A stretch of DNA of 64,000 bases from the NCBI GenBank assembly GCA_977862235.1, contig OZ374559.1, positions 620,001 to 684,000 of the forward strand. The letters are read 5' to 3'. A program made the translations under genes and the position numbers. Positions 47,471 to 60,159 of the stretch are shown piece by piece; positions within the stretch are counted from its first letter, which is position 1, and the number at the start of each line of letters is the position of its first letter. The notes beneath the pieces were generated by a model. It had not been told where the DNA came from and did no database searches. It was given only the letters and a program-made list of their open reading frames with translations. The stretch comes from Dudresnaya verticillata. Lineage: Eukaryota.

Positions 47471-49329
47471 ATGCAGGTTGAAAAATACCCGAAGTCCGCT
47501 GAGCTCGAGGAAGGCCTCGTCGACTACGAGGAGGAAGACGAGTCCACTGCGGCGGAAAGCCCCACCGAAAATGACAAGGACTACACAAAAAAGTGAGCTC
47601 ATCCACCACTCCCCGATTTTGCGGCTGCGTCTTGAGTCTTGCCCGCCCTGCCCCGCCCCGCGATTTGGTCGCCCTTGTCCATCTTCCGTCCTCATCCGTA
47701 TCGGTCAGCTTGGAATGTTCTATTCTGGAACCCGCTGAGCTGCCTGGCATATCCTGTCAAGCAGCTCTGTCGAAAGAGTGCTGCTCGAGCGGTCATTGTT
47801 GGATGACTGAGCTGTTCAGACCCATTCGGGAATCACCTAGGAGTGTCCCTACTGTCACGGTTCACTGTTTTGGTTAGTGGAAGAGTTCTTCTTCATCTAC
47901 TGCAGCAGGAAAACGCGGTCCAGCCTAGCCTATTTGCTTGTCCTGCTGCTGCACATCTGCTGACTGCAGCACTAATCGCGGGGACGGGGCTCGGCAAACG
48001 CGCATGCAACTCCGTCAGCCATTCCGGAGTACCATGGCCTCGATGCAATCTCCGAATGCCTCCCATACTCTTCCTCAAAACGCTAACCCATTACTTTGTA
48101 CCATCCGTTGTGTGCGTAACTCCCTTTTTGTTTTCTTGTACCTATCGTAATTCAGGGGCACTTATGTCGGCATTCACTCTGCTGGTTTCAAGGACTTCCT
48201 CCTGAAGCCAGAATTGCTTCGTGCTATTCAGGACTGCGGTTTTGAGCATCCGTCTGAGGTCCAGCACGAGTGTATTCCGCAGGCAGTCCTCGGAATGGAT
48301 GTGCTCTGTCAGGCTAAGGCTGGAATGGGCAAGACTGCTGTCTTTACGCTCGCTGTCTTGCAGCAGATTGAACCGGTGGATGGCGAAGTCAGCTGCGTCA
48401 TTCTCGGCCACACCCGAGAGCTTGCCTATCAGATCGCTCATGAGTTTAAGCGATTCTCAAAGTATCTTCCCAACATTCGTACCTCCGTGATTTACGGAGG
48501 TGTACCGGTGCGTCAGCACAAGGACTTACTGCAGAGTAACCCGCCCCAGATTGTTGTGGGAACTCCTGGCCGTATCAAGGATCTCGTTAAGCAGAAGGCG
48601 TTGAAGGTCGACAAGGTCAAGTTCTTTGTTCTGGACGAGTGCGACCGGGTCCTTCGAGAGCTCGATATGCGCCGCGATGTGCAGCAGATTTTCAAGGAGA
48701 CCCCACGTGAGAAGCAGGTCATGATGTTCACGGCAACCCTTTCCAAGGAAATGCGTATTGTTTCGAAGAAGTTCATGCAGAGTCCGATGGAGGTTCTTGT
48801 CGATGACGAAAGCAAACTCACTCTCCATGGGCTGCTTCAATACTTTGTCAAGTTACAGGAGGCAGAGAAGAACCGTAAACTGTCGGATATCCTCGATGCT
48901 CTTCAGTTCAACCAAGTAGTGATCTTTGTGAAAAGTGTTCCTCGTGCAATTGAGCTCAACAAGCTACTCATGAAATGCAACTTCCCATCCATTGATATCC
49001 ATTCTGGTATCCGTCAGGAGGAGAGAATCAAGCGTTACAAGGCATTCAAGGACTTCCAGAAGCGCATCCTAGTTGCGACGGATATCTTCGGACGCGGCAT
49101 CGACATTGAGCGTGTCAATATTGTCATCAACTATGACATGCCCGAGAGCGCGGACGGTTACATGCATCGTGTCGGTCGTGCGGGTCGTTTTGGAACAAAG
49201 GGTCTGGCTATTTCCTTCGTCAGCTCTGAGGAGGACTCGGGGGTTCTTCAGGACGTGCAATCTCGCTTTGAGGTTGCATTGTCCGAGCTCCCTGACACTG
49301 TGGATCAGTCTTCATACATGACTGCGTAG
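47471..49329 (+). CDS. UAP56: DECD-box RNA helicase UAP56/DDX39/Sub2, copy 1; exons 47471-47592 and 48156-49329 (431 aa)
   Basis: LVDYEEED N-terminus; GTGAGC...TTCAG intron (47593-48155, branch GCTAAC) joins [60 protein letters not shown]. Confidence 0.96.
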
Positions 49330-51800
49330 GCGTGGAGCGCGCTTTTGTTGTTGCTGAGACTATCAGGTGCCTTGAAAAGGAGCGTCTTCTGTTAGCTCAC
49401 ACGTGCCCAGTAAATTGAACACTTGGGCACAGATTCGCCATTGTTGCATTATTGCAGATGACATCCTTATCAGCTAAGTCTCTGCTTCACCAGTGCCCGG
49501 GAGGTGCTCTGAGTAGGGTAGGCTCCAATTCAACAGAATGCACACTTTACATACCTTTCTCACAGGAAGTGTGCTCGAGGAAGTCGGGGATAGTGTCCAT
49601 GGCAGAGAACTACTCGAAAGCATCTGATAAAGCCTTCAACGAGTACCAGGTTGGAGGGGTCACTGTTCCACTTCCAAGGTATGACGAGAAGGTGTAGAAT
49701 AGGACTAACAAAACGGAGGAACGCTGAAGTCCAAAGGGTGGGCTTCAGTGTTCCTCCGTCCATTACATTATTGGGGAACGTCCCTTCGGATGGAAGTCGT
49801 GGGAATAACAGCTATTCGAAAGCGAAACACCATAGTGGAGAAACCACAAATCTTTGGTCCACCGAGAGGTTGCGCCTTTGGCAAACTCGCTGCTATGTTT
49901 TGTTCCATAAAAACGCGAGAGAAAAAGCGGGAGGAGCTAGGGGAGAGCTCCCAGCGAGGGTGAAGACCGAGGAGAGCTATTGCCATTTAGGCAGCCAACT
50001 GGGAAGGGAAACGAAGTAGGGCAGTGGTCGGTAGAGTTAGGGTCGCGGCCGAAAGAGGTCGTAGAGCCCCCAAAAGCGTGTTACCTTTGGGCTGTATGAC
50101 CCTATGGTCCGTAAAATGCTCTCCCCATGGTATCTTTACTGTGGATTCGGTCAGCTGGGCCATCATAAAAAGTGGCATCAGGTAGCGAGTCGGCCACTGT
50201 AGCAAAAAGAATAGGTGTTTTAATCACAAGGGGCTGTCTTTATTTCTTGTGTTATCCACTTCGCCGCCCCGCAGGTCCAGTAGGAAGCACTTCTTTCTCC
50301 GCAAATGCCCCCATTTAGTGTGCCAACGCCTTCACCTTCTGAACCAGTTCGCTTCCGGTACCAGTATCCGGTAGCTCCATGGATTCCTCGAAGAGGACAA
50401 AGACTGGTATCTCCCTGTAGGCATGCATTTCCTACCCATGATCCTCATGTTCTTGAAAGCAGACATAAAAAATAGTTGAGGAAGAGGACATTTACGTCAT
50501 AAGCCTTTCAAGGTTCTCCTTTTGGTGTAGGCTCCGGGCAGTTCCCGTCCAGCATGGCTTGGTGCACAATTTCTTCACAAGCTTCTTCGTTGCGCACAGC
50601 CCTGTCGCTAATGATCTCCTCACATTGCCGATGGAAATTGGCTCGCTCTTTCATCATCTCCGCAATATGCCTGGGATACGACCCGCTCTTGAGAGCTCGA
50701 TTACTAACATTCCTGATCACGTATTCGGAAAATTCTTCACTGGAAAGCCCATCGATTGTAGGCGCAGTGGACATGCCCTGGATAATAGGCCTGTACTGGG
50801 AGAGGCTAGTTGGGTTGGAGGTTCCAGTTGGCTGGGAGACGGCAGTTGGCTGGGAGAAGCCAGCTGGCTTGAAGAGACTAGCTGGCTTGGAGCGGCCAGT
50901 TAGCGGGAGGAAGTCAGTTAACTTGGGGAGGTCAATTAACATGGGAAGGCCAGCTGAAATTTCATCAGCTGGCTGGGAGAGGTCATGTAAGCTTCGATGC
51001 ACTCCTCCAGGGTTCCTGGGATCTTCGGGACTACTCTCTCGGGGAACATTAGATGGAGCACTCTTTTCTTCGCCTCCTTTCGGACCCATCTTGATGGGTT
51101 GAGACATGTGTCCAACGCTGGATTATCCGGCAACAGAGGTGTTATGTGCAGTTCTACCTCTTGGATGTTGTTCGTGAACAGGCTCAGGTCGGTTCTAGGT
51201 GGCTGTGCCGACTCAGGGCATTGGCGTTTGCTCGCTAGCGCTGTCCCATTTATTCCGGGGCTTGCAAATTTGTCAACGCTGAGTTTCCCGGCAATCACGA
51301 AGGGCAATAATTTGCCGACAAGGTTCGTCGAGGGCCATTTTCCCGACGAAGACTTGAAAAGCCGTCCGGGGAAACTTTGCCCCAAAGGTGATTGTAAAGT
51401 TTTAAAAAGTGTGAAGTTTGGCTTTTGTTTTCCCGTTTTTCGCACTGACTCTGCACATAGGGTACAGCCTTCTCCTCTCCACCGACTATTTCCCAAAATA
51501 TGTGGACCCGCGGAAGTACAGAAAGAGTTCCTCGTCGAGGTCATTTTCAGAGAGGCAGCGCTACTATGCTGCGTAGTTTTATTCTTTCCCGGGGAAATAC
51601 CTCGCCGTTCTAAAAGGAAACGTAGGAGGGCTTGTGCTATTGTCGATACAGACATTTTAATCGTTTCTCTAACATCTTCTTCTCCGTGCTTCGATTGAGC
51701 CGAACTTCTCAGCGAAACCGATAGCGAAAAAAGATGGGCACTCGTAAAAGGATCAGATTGCACGGTAACGGATGTATCGCGGCAAGAAGATTGTCGCATG
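47566..51800 (+). repeat. Left arm of a large inverted segmental duplication
   Basis: Reverse complement of about 59480-64000; includes UAP56, its intron, 3' flank and the 199-aa ORF. The outer end of the partner arm lies beyond the window. Confidence 0.95.
50508..51107 (-). CDS. Hypothetical protein, 199 aa (paralog of 60160-60777)
   Basis: ATG-to-stop ORF kept open in both duplicate arms despite many substitutions and an in-frame 18-nt indel; internal 6-aa (S-Q/K-P-A/T-G) repeats. Confidence 0.55.
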   Translation of the reverse strand: MSQPIKMGPKGGEEKSAPSNVPRESSPEDPRNPGGVHRSLHDLSQPADEISAGLPMLIDLPKLTDFLPLTGRSKPASLFKPAGFSQPTAVSQPTGTSNPTSLSQYRPIIQGMSTAPTIDGLSSEEFSEYVIRNVSNRALKSGSYPRHIAEMMKERANFHRQCEEIISDRAVRNEEACEEIVHQAMLDGNCPEPTPKGEP

Positions 51801-52191
51801 CGATTTGAAGTGATAACAATACCCTTATAAGGGCGTTTTCATATACAGTCGAGTCTCGATTACATGAACTGCTCGGTGGACTAACTTCGGTTCCCGTAAA
51901 AGGGGTGTTCCGCTTAGATAAATGCTGTCATAGCTTACGCAATCTTCTCACACCACTGCAGAGAACAATACCTGCTCGTTAGTATCACACACACACACAC
52001 ATGTTCCTTTACTTAAAAAGCTATTTTATCAGAGATGCAAGTACTAACCCGCTTTATCCGCAGTTTATACGGTTACCCTTAGGGTACCCATTCGAGCAGG
52101 AGAATATACTTCCATTCCAGAGAGCTCCAAAACTCCATTCCGCCGACAAAGACTGTCTGCAACCGGGATTAGTGCTCATCGACCCAATACG

Positions 52192-53788
52192 ATGGACTTT
52201 TGGGCTATAACAAAAGAACTCTACGACGTTGCTAAGAGTTTGAAGGAGCGCTACGACGCCGTCAAGGAAATCCGTGACTCCGCAGCCACCTTGCTCATGG
52301 CTTGCCAGGCCATGCTGTCCAACCTGCAGATGAAATCCCAGCTTGACAAACACACATTGGACGGTTTTCGACCGCACAACCGCCAGATTATTCAAAGCGA
52401 GCTAGACAAGCTGAGGAATTTTGCAGAAGAATCTGTGCCCGTGTTGCAGGATGACCTCGAACGCAGGAGTGGGTAAGACATGCGTGGTTCGCGCGCTTGC
52501 CGCAGACCCGGATATTACTTATCAAAAAGCGATTTCCGGGCGGGACCTACCTCCTATGTCTTGGAAGAGACAGCGCGATTGCGATGCTGAAGTCTCAGTA
52601 GTGCGACGTGGTGGAGGCACGGGACCGAGTGAAGATGTCCAAGAGAATGGCCCTAATTGTGGGGCGATTTCGAAGGATGGGCGGCGCGAGGTAATGGGCT
52701 TCGAAGACGGCATCGCGTTTTTGTGGAGCACAGAAAGCGGAGAATTGGTGCAAGTTCCTGGGGGTCATCGTGGTGAAGTACAGTGCATCGCGATTAGTGC
52801 TGACGGGAAGGGGATTGCGTCGGGATCGTCTGACTGCGCGATTCGGATATGGGACAAGGAGAACGGGACGCTGGTCGGGAAGACGTTGACCGGGTACACG
52901 GATGGGGTGCAGAGTGTTTTCATGAGCGCGGATGGGAGGCGCGTGGCGTCCGGGTCGGGGGACAATATCGTCCGGATGTACGACGTCGAGACTGAGGCAC
53001 AGATCGGGGAGGCGCTGGATGGGTGGATGAGGTGGTGAGCGTGTTTATGAGCGTGGACGGGGAGCGCTGGGTCATCGGACAGCTCAGTCCGGAACACGGC
53101 TGTGGGACGCGCAGGCCGGGGCGCCAGTTTGGGAGGTGGCGCTAACGAGTGGGGTGTCCAGGTTGTTCATGAGCGCGAACGGTAGGCTTGTGATGTTGCC
53201 CCGGTCGAGGGACAATACCTTTCGGATGTGGGACTCGCAGACCGGGGTGCAGGGCTGGGAGGCGCTGGCTGGGCACGAGAATTGGGTGGTGGGCGTGTTC
53301 ATGAGCGGAGGCGGGCGGCGCGTAATGTTCGGGTCGAGGGACAAGACGGTCAGGATGTGGGACGCGGATACCGGTGCGCCGGTTGGGAAAGTGTTGACCG
53401 GGCACACACAGATTGGGAGCCTAGAGCTTGCATGTCCGCCGATGAGAAACGCGTCATGTCGGGTGCAGTGGACGGAACTGTTTGAGTTTGGGACGAGTCA
53501 GGGAAATGCTTGCACGTGGAAGAGGACGACTATTGGGAGTGTCGATGGGACGAGTTGTGCAGTCGGCGCTTGCAACCCGGTGGTACAAACGCATCCAGCG
53601 CCGACGCGGCGGCAAAGTTGGTCTTGACCAGTCGGGGCAGCGATGTTGTAGGGAGCAGAGACGGAGTGGGGAAGGTCGCGGTCACGTTCGAGGCGCACAT
53701 TTGTTCATCCTCCGTTGATTCTATGCGGACGACGGTGGTGGCTGGTCTCTGGAACGGGATGATGGCGATTCTCAAAGTCGAGCCGTAA
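52192..53788 (+). pseudogene. Decayed STAND/NB-ARC-WD40 (NLR-like) gene
   Basis: Helical N-terminus MDFWAITKELYDVAKSLKERYDAVKE; frameshifted P-loop AGVGKTCVVRALAADPDI (52463-52515); WD40 repeats (GHRGEVQCIAISADG..IASGSSDCAIRIWD, GHENWV..RDKTVRMWD) broken by stops and frameshifts; most of the NTPase domain is missing. Confidence 0.82.
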
Positions 53789-54576
53789 AAAGGCGTCGGA
53801 CTGGCTCGCGCGATGACTTTGGAGTGTTGAGAAGGTGACTGCACTACTGGGAGTTGTTTGTTCCTGTTGCAGTCGGTGCCTGTGTTGGGCGGGAGGCGTT
53901 TTCCGGACCTGCGGGGCGACGCACGACCATTGCGCGGAGCTGAGTAGCGACAGCAGCGGCGGTGGTGCCCACAACGTGTGGCAGTCTCCGGTCTGGACAG
54001 CGGCGGCGGCACTTTTGACCTTTTGGGAAAAGCGGGACGCGCTGCGTGAGATGGCAGTAGCCCAAGTGGCCCAATGGAATCGTCGAAACGGGCGGTAGAT
54101 CTGATTGGATCTCAGCCGTGGGTCCGGATTCCAACGGAGGCTGATCGCGATTCTGCCAGGACGCCGTGGCAATCCGAAGCACTTCTCTAAACAAAATACC
54201 AATAAATCAAACTTCACTTCTCTGCAGCGGAGACGGAGCTTGAGCGGACCGCATCGCGCAGCGTCCGGACCTCCGATCGCAAAGACCCCCGCAAAGCCCA
54301 CGGCGAGAGATGGACGAGGCTGTTGCTAGTCGCACGCTTCTGAGATGGACTTCAAGGCAAACTCCTCGAAAGGGCCCTTAAAGGTTTGCCCCGTTTGGGA
54401 AACCAAGCCTTTCTCAAGCTCTGCATCTCGATTATCCCGACTTGCTGCCCTGATCTTCTACTCGAGTTCCTCTGCGTGTAGGAACAGAAGCAGGAGGGGC
54501 AGCAGGAGGAAGGGTACACGAAGAAGGAGAGGCTTTAACGTGCTCGGAAGGCGAAGGTGTTGGCCAGAGTCTAGTG

Positions 54577-55688
54577 ATGTTGTTCTTTAATTGTTGTTTA
54601 TAGTGGTCCTACGCGGGCAGCTTAGGCCCATGTGCAGGCGCACTTGAGGGTCCGCAAAAAAGGGGGTTCGTGGACTTATGTATATATGTCTTGTTGCGTG
54701 CTTTGGGACTATGGGCTATCTTTCACGAGGGCACAGTATGGCAGTGGGGGACGGGGGGTGGATGATCTTGTGCGCATAGTCGGCGGATTTTGTCAATGGC
54801 GGTGGAGATAGCGGTAATGTCTGAGGGGCTGTTCGCGGGGTGTGACAATTTTTGAAGGACTGCGGCTTGTTCACGAAGTTCTGAACGTGTGACTGCGCAA
54901 GAGGGTGGAATTGGGAAGGTGCCAAGATGCCACCGAACCGCAAGCTTACGGTCGCGGTGGTTAGAAAGCCTGAGCGCGGGGGGTAGGGACGATGTATTTT
55001 GGACCGGCGCAGACCGCCGGCCTGCGACGGCCGACTTCCATGCGGCAAGGATCCGCGCCTGGATGACAGGATGTGGCGTGGGTGTTAGGGTTTGTTCCAT
55101 CTCCGGAAGACTCCGTAAGGCACGCATAGTTTCCTTGGCATGCCACGCTGATGGAAGATGGCTTCTGGAGAGTTTGGAGAGTGCAGTGATCCACTTGGTT
55201 TGTATTGCTGCTTGTCTGAGCAACGGGGGAGGGAATCTGAATAATGCTCGGAGTCTGGCGATTCTCCGCGTTGAGAGTCGGGACGACTGCTGCGCAATAC
55301 AGATGCGGAAGAACTGGGAGTCGAGTTGATCGGTTGCACTGAGGATCGGAGGGTCGAGAGGTACGAGGGCAATACAGTGCTCATAGACTGGGCGGACGAA
55401 GGAGTTGTACACGAATTGGGCTGCATGGGCGGGCATGGATGATGACAGGGATCCAGTGTGCACCAGTGACGTTACCATAGCTCGCGCTGCAGTTAGCCTT
55501 TGCAGGGTTATTTTGTTACCCACTCCGGTTGCTGAGATGTCAACGCCGAGGTACCGCGTTGATTGTTGATGCGGTATCCGCTTCTTATCAATGTGGAACA
55601 AGGTTGTCGTCGCCCTTCCCCTGTGTCGCGTGGGTAGTATGATCGAGCATTTGGGCACCGACCACTGCATTCCGAATGAATTGGCCCA
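54577..55688 (-). mobile_element. 5'-truncated non-LTR retrotransposon (C-terminal part of the RT ORF, 54723-55670)
   Basis: RWANSFGMQWSVPKC, STRYLGVDI and VYNSFVRPVYE are typical late RT/thumb motifs; ATTAAAG+AAC tail near 54580-54592; possible 7-bp TSD TCTAGTG at 54570-54576 and 55689-55695. Confidence 0.85.
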
Positions 55689-57249
55689 TCTAGTGGTTTC
55701 ACAGATCGGTGGAACCGTTAGACGGTGGCATTATTTTGAGTGCTGGCTTTTGGACGGCATCGCCCGAGTTTGAACCATTGCTGCTGATGGGCACAATTTT
55801 CTTTCCCCAAGTTCAAGCTTTTTATTGTGGTCTTATTATTGTTCTTGCTTTATCCTATTGATCGTCGAACTTTCCATCAGCTTTATCGTAACGGAAATGT
55901 TTTGCCTTGAGATATCTGGAGACCGAAAAATAGGAAAGACCCGGGACCCTAAAAACAGTACCAAGCTCACATCTAGCTTATATCTTTGAAATAATGATGC
56001 CCTTATTCGAGGTTACCGGTGATTTACGCGACAATGCTGCATTCAGAAGCAAGTCACAATAGAGGTGGTCTGAAGGTCCACATGAGCCCAGGTCTGGAAT
56101 TTTTCGTATAAAAGGATGCGGTCCTTTTACCATTCTTGCATTATTCAGGGATGTGGTGGGACCAGAAATTATGCGACGAGACGTCGTCCATATCTCGTAA
56201 GGTGGTAATGCGTAAAAGTGGTCTGTTTTTTGTTCTTCTTTCCGGCTTTTGGCAATCGGATTGATATGTAGAGCAATCTTCTTCATCGGTAAAACCGAAG
56301 TAGTCTAGAGTCAACGCCATTAAAGACATTGTTGAGCAGCCGCTTGTTCAGCTGAACTGTGAGTGTAACAGAGTGCACTCTGTTACAGGAAGCAGTTCTA
56401 AATACTTTCATCAAGAGTTTTCATTTTCCTTTACATTTGCGCAATCTTCACAGACACTAATGGCCTTCATAAACTGCCTAACAAATTTATAGTTTAGCAA
56501 AGTATACATTTAGGAAAATCTCTATGTGGACAACTCTGCGAAGAATAAATTGTTAGGATGAGGCACAACATCAAGAAAGCATCATGTACCGAAAACAGCT
56601 ACCGCACGACAACAACTGGATTTTCCACGGCTCCTTATATTTGAAAAAGCGCCTTAGCTCAATGACAAGACAGGAAATAGTTTTCCCCACCGCCGTGCTG
56701 CCCTGTAGAACCTCAAGCCAGTTTTGCTCCTTTTGCGAAAGGGCACTCATGCTTTGAAACGCAACAACATAGTTCTATAATAAAGTATAACAGTATCTTC
56801 AAAGCTTAGTCTCTGTACCCGTCTCGCATTGGCCGTGTCTGAAGCCCAAAATTGCCTTGTCCAGTCCTGTGAGCTGTGAGGCGTGCCCCATATCTTGTGA
56901 GGTTATTTTCCGTCCTGGGGTGCAATACACGTCCGCGGCTGAGCTGTGTTGTCGAGTGCAAACTGGTGGAACACCGTTTCATATATATCGGAAAGTATAG
57001 TCTTGTAGACTCCTTCCTCACTCTGACCCACCCTGGCTTGAAGTAACCGAGAAGGATAATGCAAAAGGGAGTAAGGACTGAATAGACTCAGCACTATGTA
57101 CAGCTGCCTCCCGGAAAATTACGTGAATGTAATGTAGCTGGCAGATGTTTAGAGCTAGAAAGCACTGAAAGCAGTCTATTAGGAACGGTTCCTGGTAACT
57201 AACGGAGCACGGGACCGAACCATCGATTCGATTTATCCTTTAACAACTT

Positions 57250-57950
57250 TCTGTTGGCATACTATCCCTCACTGTGGGGCCTGCCGGTACACGGCATCGT
57301 GTCCAAACGTGTCTACAGTCTTTGGTATTTTGGCGTAATGAGTGTACAATGAGAATGTCCAGAGGGAAGCTCGATTTGCATAATTGCAAGTGCGACTGCG
57401 GAAGCCTTTTGAGACGGTTTCGGCAGCAAGTTTGGCGGCATGAAAGCTGGGAATCCTTCCGCAAATCATTTAGATTGCAAAACTTTGGCACCTTGTCCCA
57501 GGTATCTACTAGCATGTAGCATGCAACAGCGACATAACGGATACCGCATTTTGGAGTGAACCATAGATAAGGACAAATCGTTGCGAAAATAGAACAGCAT
57601 TCTGAAGAACACAACCGGACATGATACCGTCTTGGAAGTAAGTACCCAATGGTTGACAAGTTGGGCAAGATACGAAAAGTGTGCAGACAAAGTGGCCATA
57701 TTCCAGAATGGGCATAGACCTGTCCAAGCAGGGGAGACCACAAGGCGCCATATATCACGAAGTTATAGTAGCTGATGTTTGCACAAACAAATAGACCTCT
57801 CATGTTCGAAGGAAAAGCCATGCGAGATAGCCTTATCTTCTTGTTGCGCAACCACTGGTTACTGGTTCCATAACAGCCCATTACCACGATTGCAGGCCGC
57901 ACCCAATTGGTGCGAAATGTTAGACAAGGAGAAGCTTTATGGGGGGTGTA
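57250..57950 (-). mobile_element. Heavily decayed non-LTR retrotransposon fragment
   Basis: Minus-strand MPILEYG motif (RPILEY-type) among frameshifted segments. Confidence 0.3.
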
Positions 57951-58580
57951 CTACAAGTGTTAGAAGACTTTACTGTGGCATCTTTGGCTTCTAGAGTTAC
58001 TTCATTCAGGACACTTCGAACAGAGTTAGCCTCCACCACCCTGTTATGTGGCTCACATGTGAAATACTGCTTGGCTTATTACTAGGGCGATCGATTCACA
58101 GTATTCCTTTTTTGTGACGAATACGCTTTTCGTACTATCTCGAGACTCAAACAGTGCAAAGGTTTAGCATACTCTTGCCAGATCGTTTTGAACAAAGTGT
58201 CCTTCCTCGCTGGAGGCCATCATGTTCCAAACTTCGCGCTGGCACGGAAAATATAAATATTGCCACTTCCATTCACATCAAGTTTATCTCGGCATTCCCA
58301 ATAGAATTTCTGCACGAATGTCCCCTCTCTCTCCATTATTCCGTTATCGCACAACCGTATCACAAGTATCAGAACGGTATGCGAGAGGATCTACGTAGAT
58401 TCCTTTCTGGCGCTTCCAGTCGTGAAACGGTGGCTGGAGGCAGCATTACGTATTCAAGTCTGGTATACATAGGGAAGAGCCGCGGCTTCAGACAAGAAAC
58501 TGCGTGCCTGTGTCGGCATGAAGTTTTCAACGCAACGCCAATCGCATCTCCTATCTCAGCCGAAACATCGTCTGAGCTAG

Positions 58581-59051
58581 ATGGCGCGATTCATTTTCGC
58601 TCTAGTAATGCTTGTATTCCTCTTCGCATCTTCGCAGGCTGTGTCGCATATCCTGTCTCGTACGCATCCAATGCGGTTGGGGACGGGAAGCAATCCTGCT
58701 CTAAGAAACCCTTTAGGGAGTCTGAACGGTAGAACCACCCTGTCAGGAAGAGCTATTGATGGCGCCACAACCATGTCTTCAGTCTGTTTCAAGCGGCCTA
58801 CAAAGCTAAAGCAAGAACTCACAGCTCTGGTGCATCATCTGGAGCCTTTGCCCGGTATTATGCGTTTCATCTCGCGCAACCTCGCCTTATGTCAACGGGG
58901 GATCACTGGAAGTGATTTGAGTATTAGAGCCGACAGCTTCTCAAGAGGTTTGTTAGCCGGATGGGGAGCCATAGTCATTACTGTTGAAAACGAGCTTCGC
59001 GCTATGCCTCCGTTGTACGATGCAGTTTTTTTGCTGGAAATGGCCAGGTAG
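58581..59051 (+). CDS. Hypothetical secreted protein, 156 aa
   Basis: Clear signal peptide MARFIFALVMLVFLFASSQA; no domain recognised; may be truncated or spliced. Confidence 0.5.
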   Translation: MARFIFALVMLVFLFASSQAVSHILSRTHPMRLGTGSNPALRNPLGSLNGRTTLSGRAIDGATTMSSVCFKRPTKLKQELTALVHHLEPLPGIMRFISRNLALCQRGITGSDLSIRADSFSRGLLAGWGAIVITVENELRAMPPLYDAVFLLEMAR

Positions 59052-60159
59052 TAGCAGACTTTCGTAGAGTGTAGAAAGCCATAAAAGGGATGCTTTACGC
59101 ATCGGGCAACCTGTGTCAGTTGATTAAGATCGTATCCTCTTTTGCATTTGAGAGAGAGATGGTGACCTTTATGGTAGGGTTCGAAGGGCGCTAGGTCGCC
59201 CCGTACTTCAGCTATTTGAGAAACTGCTGTGGTTGGTATTTCCAAACCCTGAAGAAATCTTGCCAATTGCCTAACGCAGTCGCTACGTATATTTTAAAAA
59301 TCATGATGTGGCTCGATGGCGATAGGTATCCAAATAAGAACCACTCATGCGCAACTCCATCCTCTTCCAAACGGGTAACAGTAGTGCAATTGTTTCACAC
59401 AGGTCTGTAAAGAGTTTGATCCTTGGTTGATAATAACTAATCGCTAGGAAGGAGCAGCAGAGTGGGGGCTTGATTTCGCAATATATGATCTTCTTGCCTC
59501 GATACATCCATTACCGTACAATCTGATCCGTTTATGAGTGCCCATCTTTTTTCGCTATCGGTTTCGCTGAGAAGTTCGGCTCAATCGAAGCACGGAGAAG
59601 AAGATGTTAGAGAAACGATTAAATTTTCTGTATCGACAATAGCACAAGCCCTCCTACGTTTCCTTTTAGAACGGCGATGCATTTCCCAAGAAAAAGAATA
59701 AAACTACACCACATAGTAGCGCTGTCTCTCTGAAAACGACTCTTTCTGTACTTCCGCGGGTCCGCATATTTTGGGAAATAGTCGGCGGAGAGGAAAAACG
59801 CAGTACCCGGTGTGCAGAGTCTGTGCGAAAAACGGGAAAACAAGAGCCAAACTTCTCGCTTTTAAAACTTTACGATCGCTTTTGGGAGAAAGCTTCTCCC
59901 GACGGCGTTGCAAGTCTTCGTCGGGAAAATTGCCCTCGACGAACCTTGTCGGTAAATTGTTGCTCTTCGTGATTGCCGGGAAACTCAGCGTTGACAATTT
60001 TGCAAGCCCCGGAATAGATGGGACAGCGCTAGCGAGCAAAGTCCGATGCCCTGAGTCGGCACTGCCACCTAGAACCGACCTGAGCCTGTTCAAAAACAAC
60101 ATCCAAGAGGTATAACTGCACACAACACCACTGTTGCCGGATAATCTGGCGTTGGACAT

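Noticed and set aside
50936..51799. 287-aa ORF overlapping the 199-aa orphan
   Set aside because: Its counterpart in the other arm is broken by a stop and frameshifts.
51845..51870. TACAGTCGAGTCTCGATTA, similar to a pogo/Tc1 terminal inverted repeat
   Set aside because: I found no partner inverted repeat or transposase in the window.
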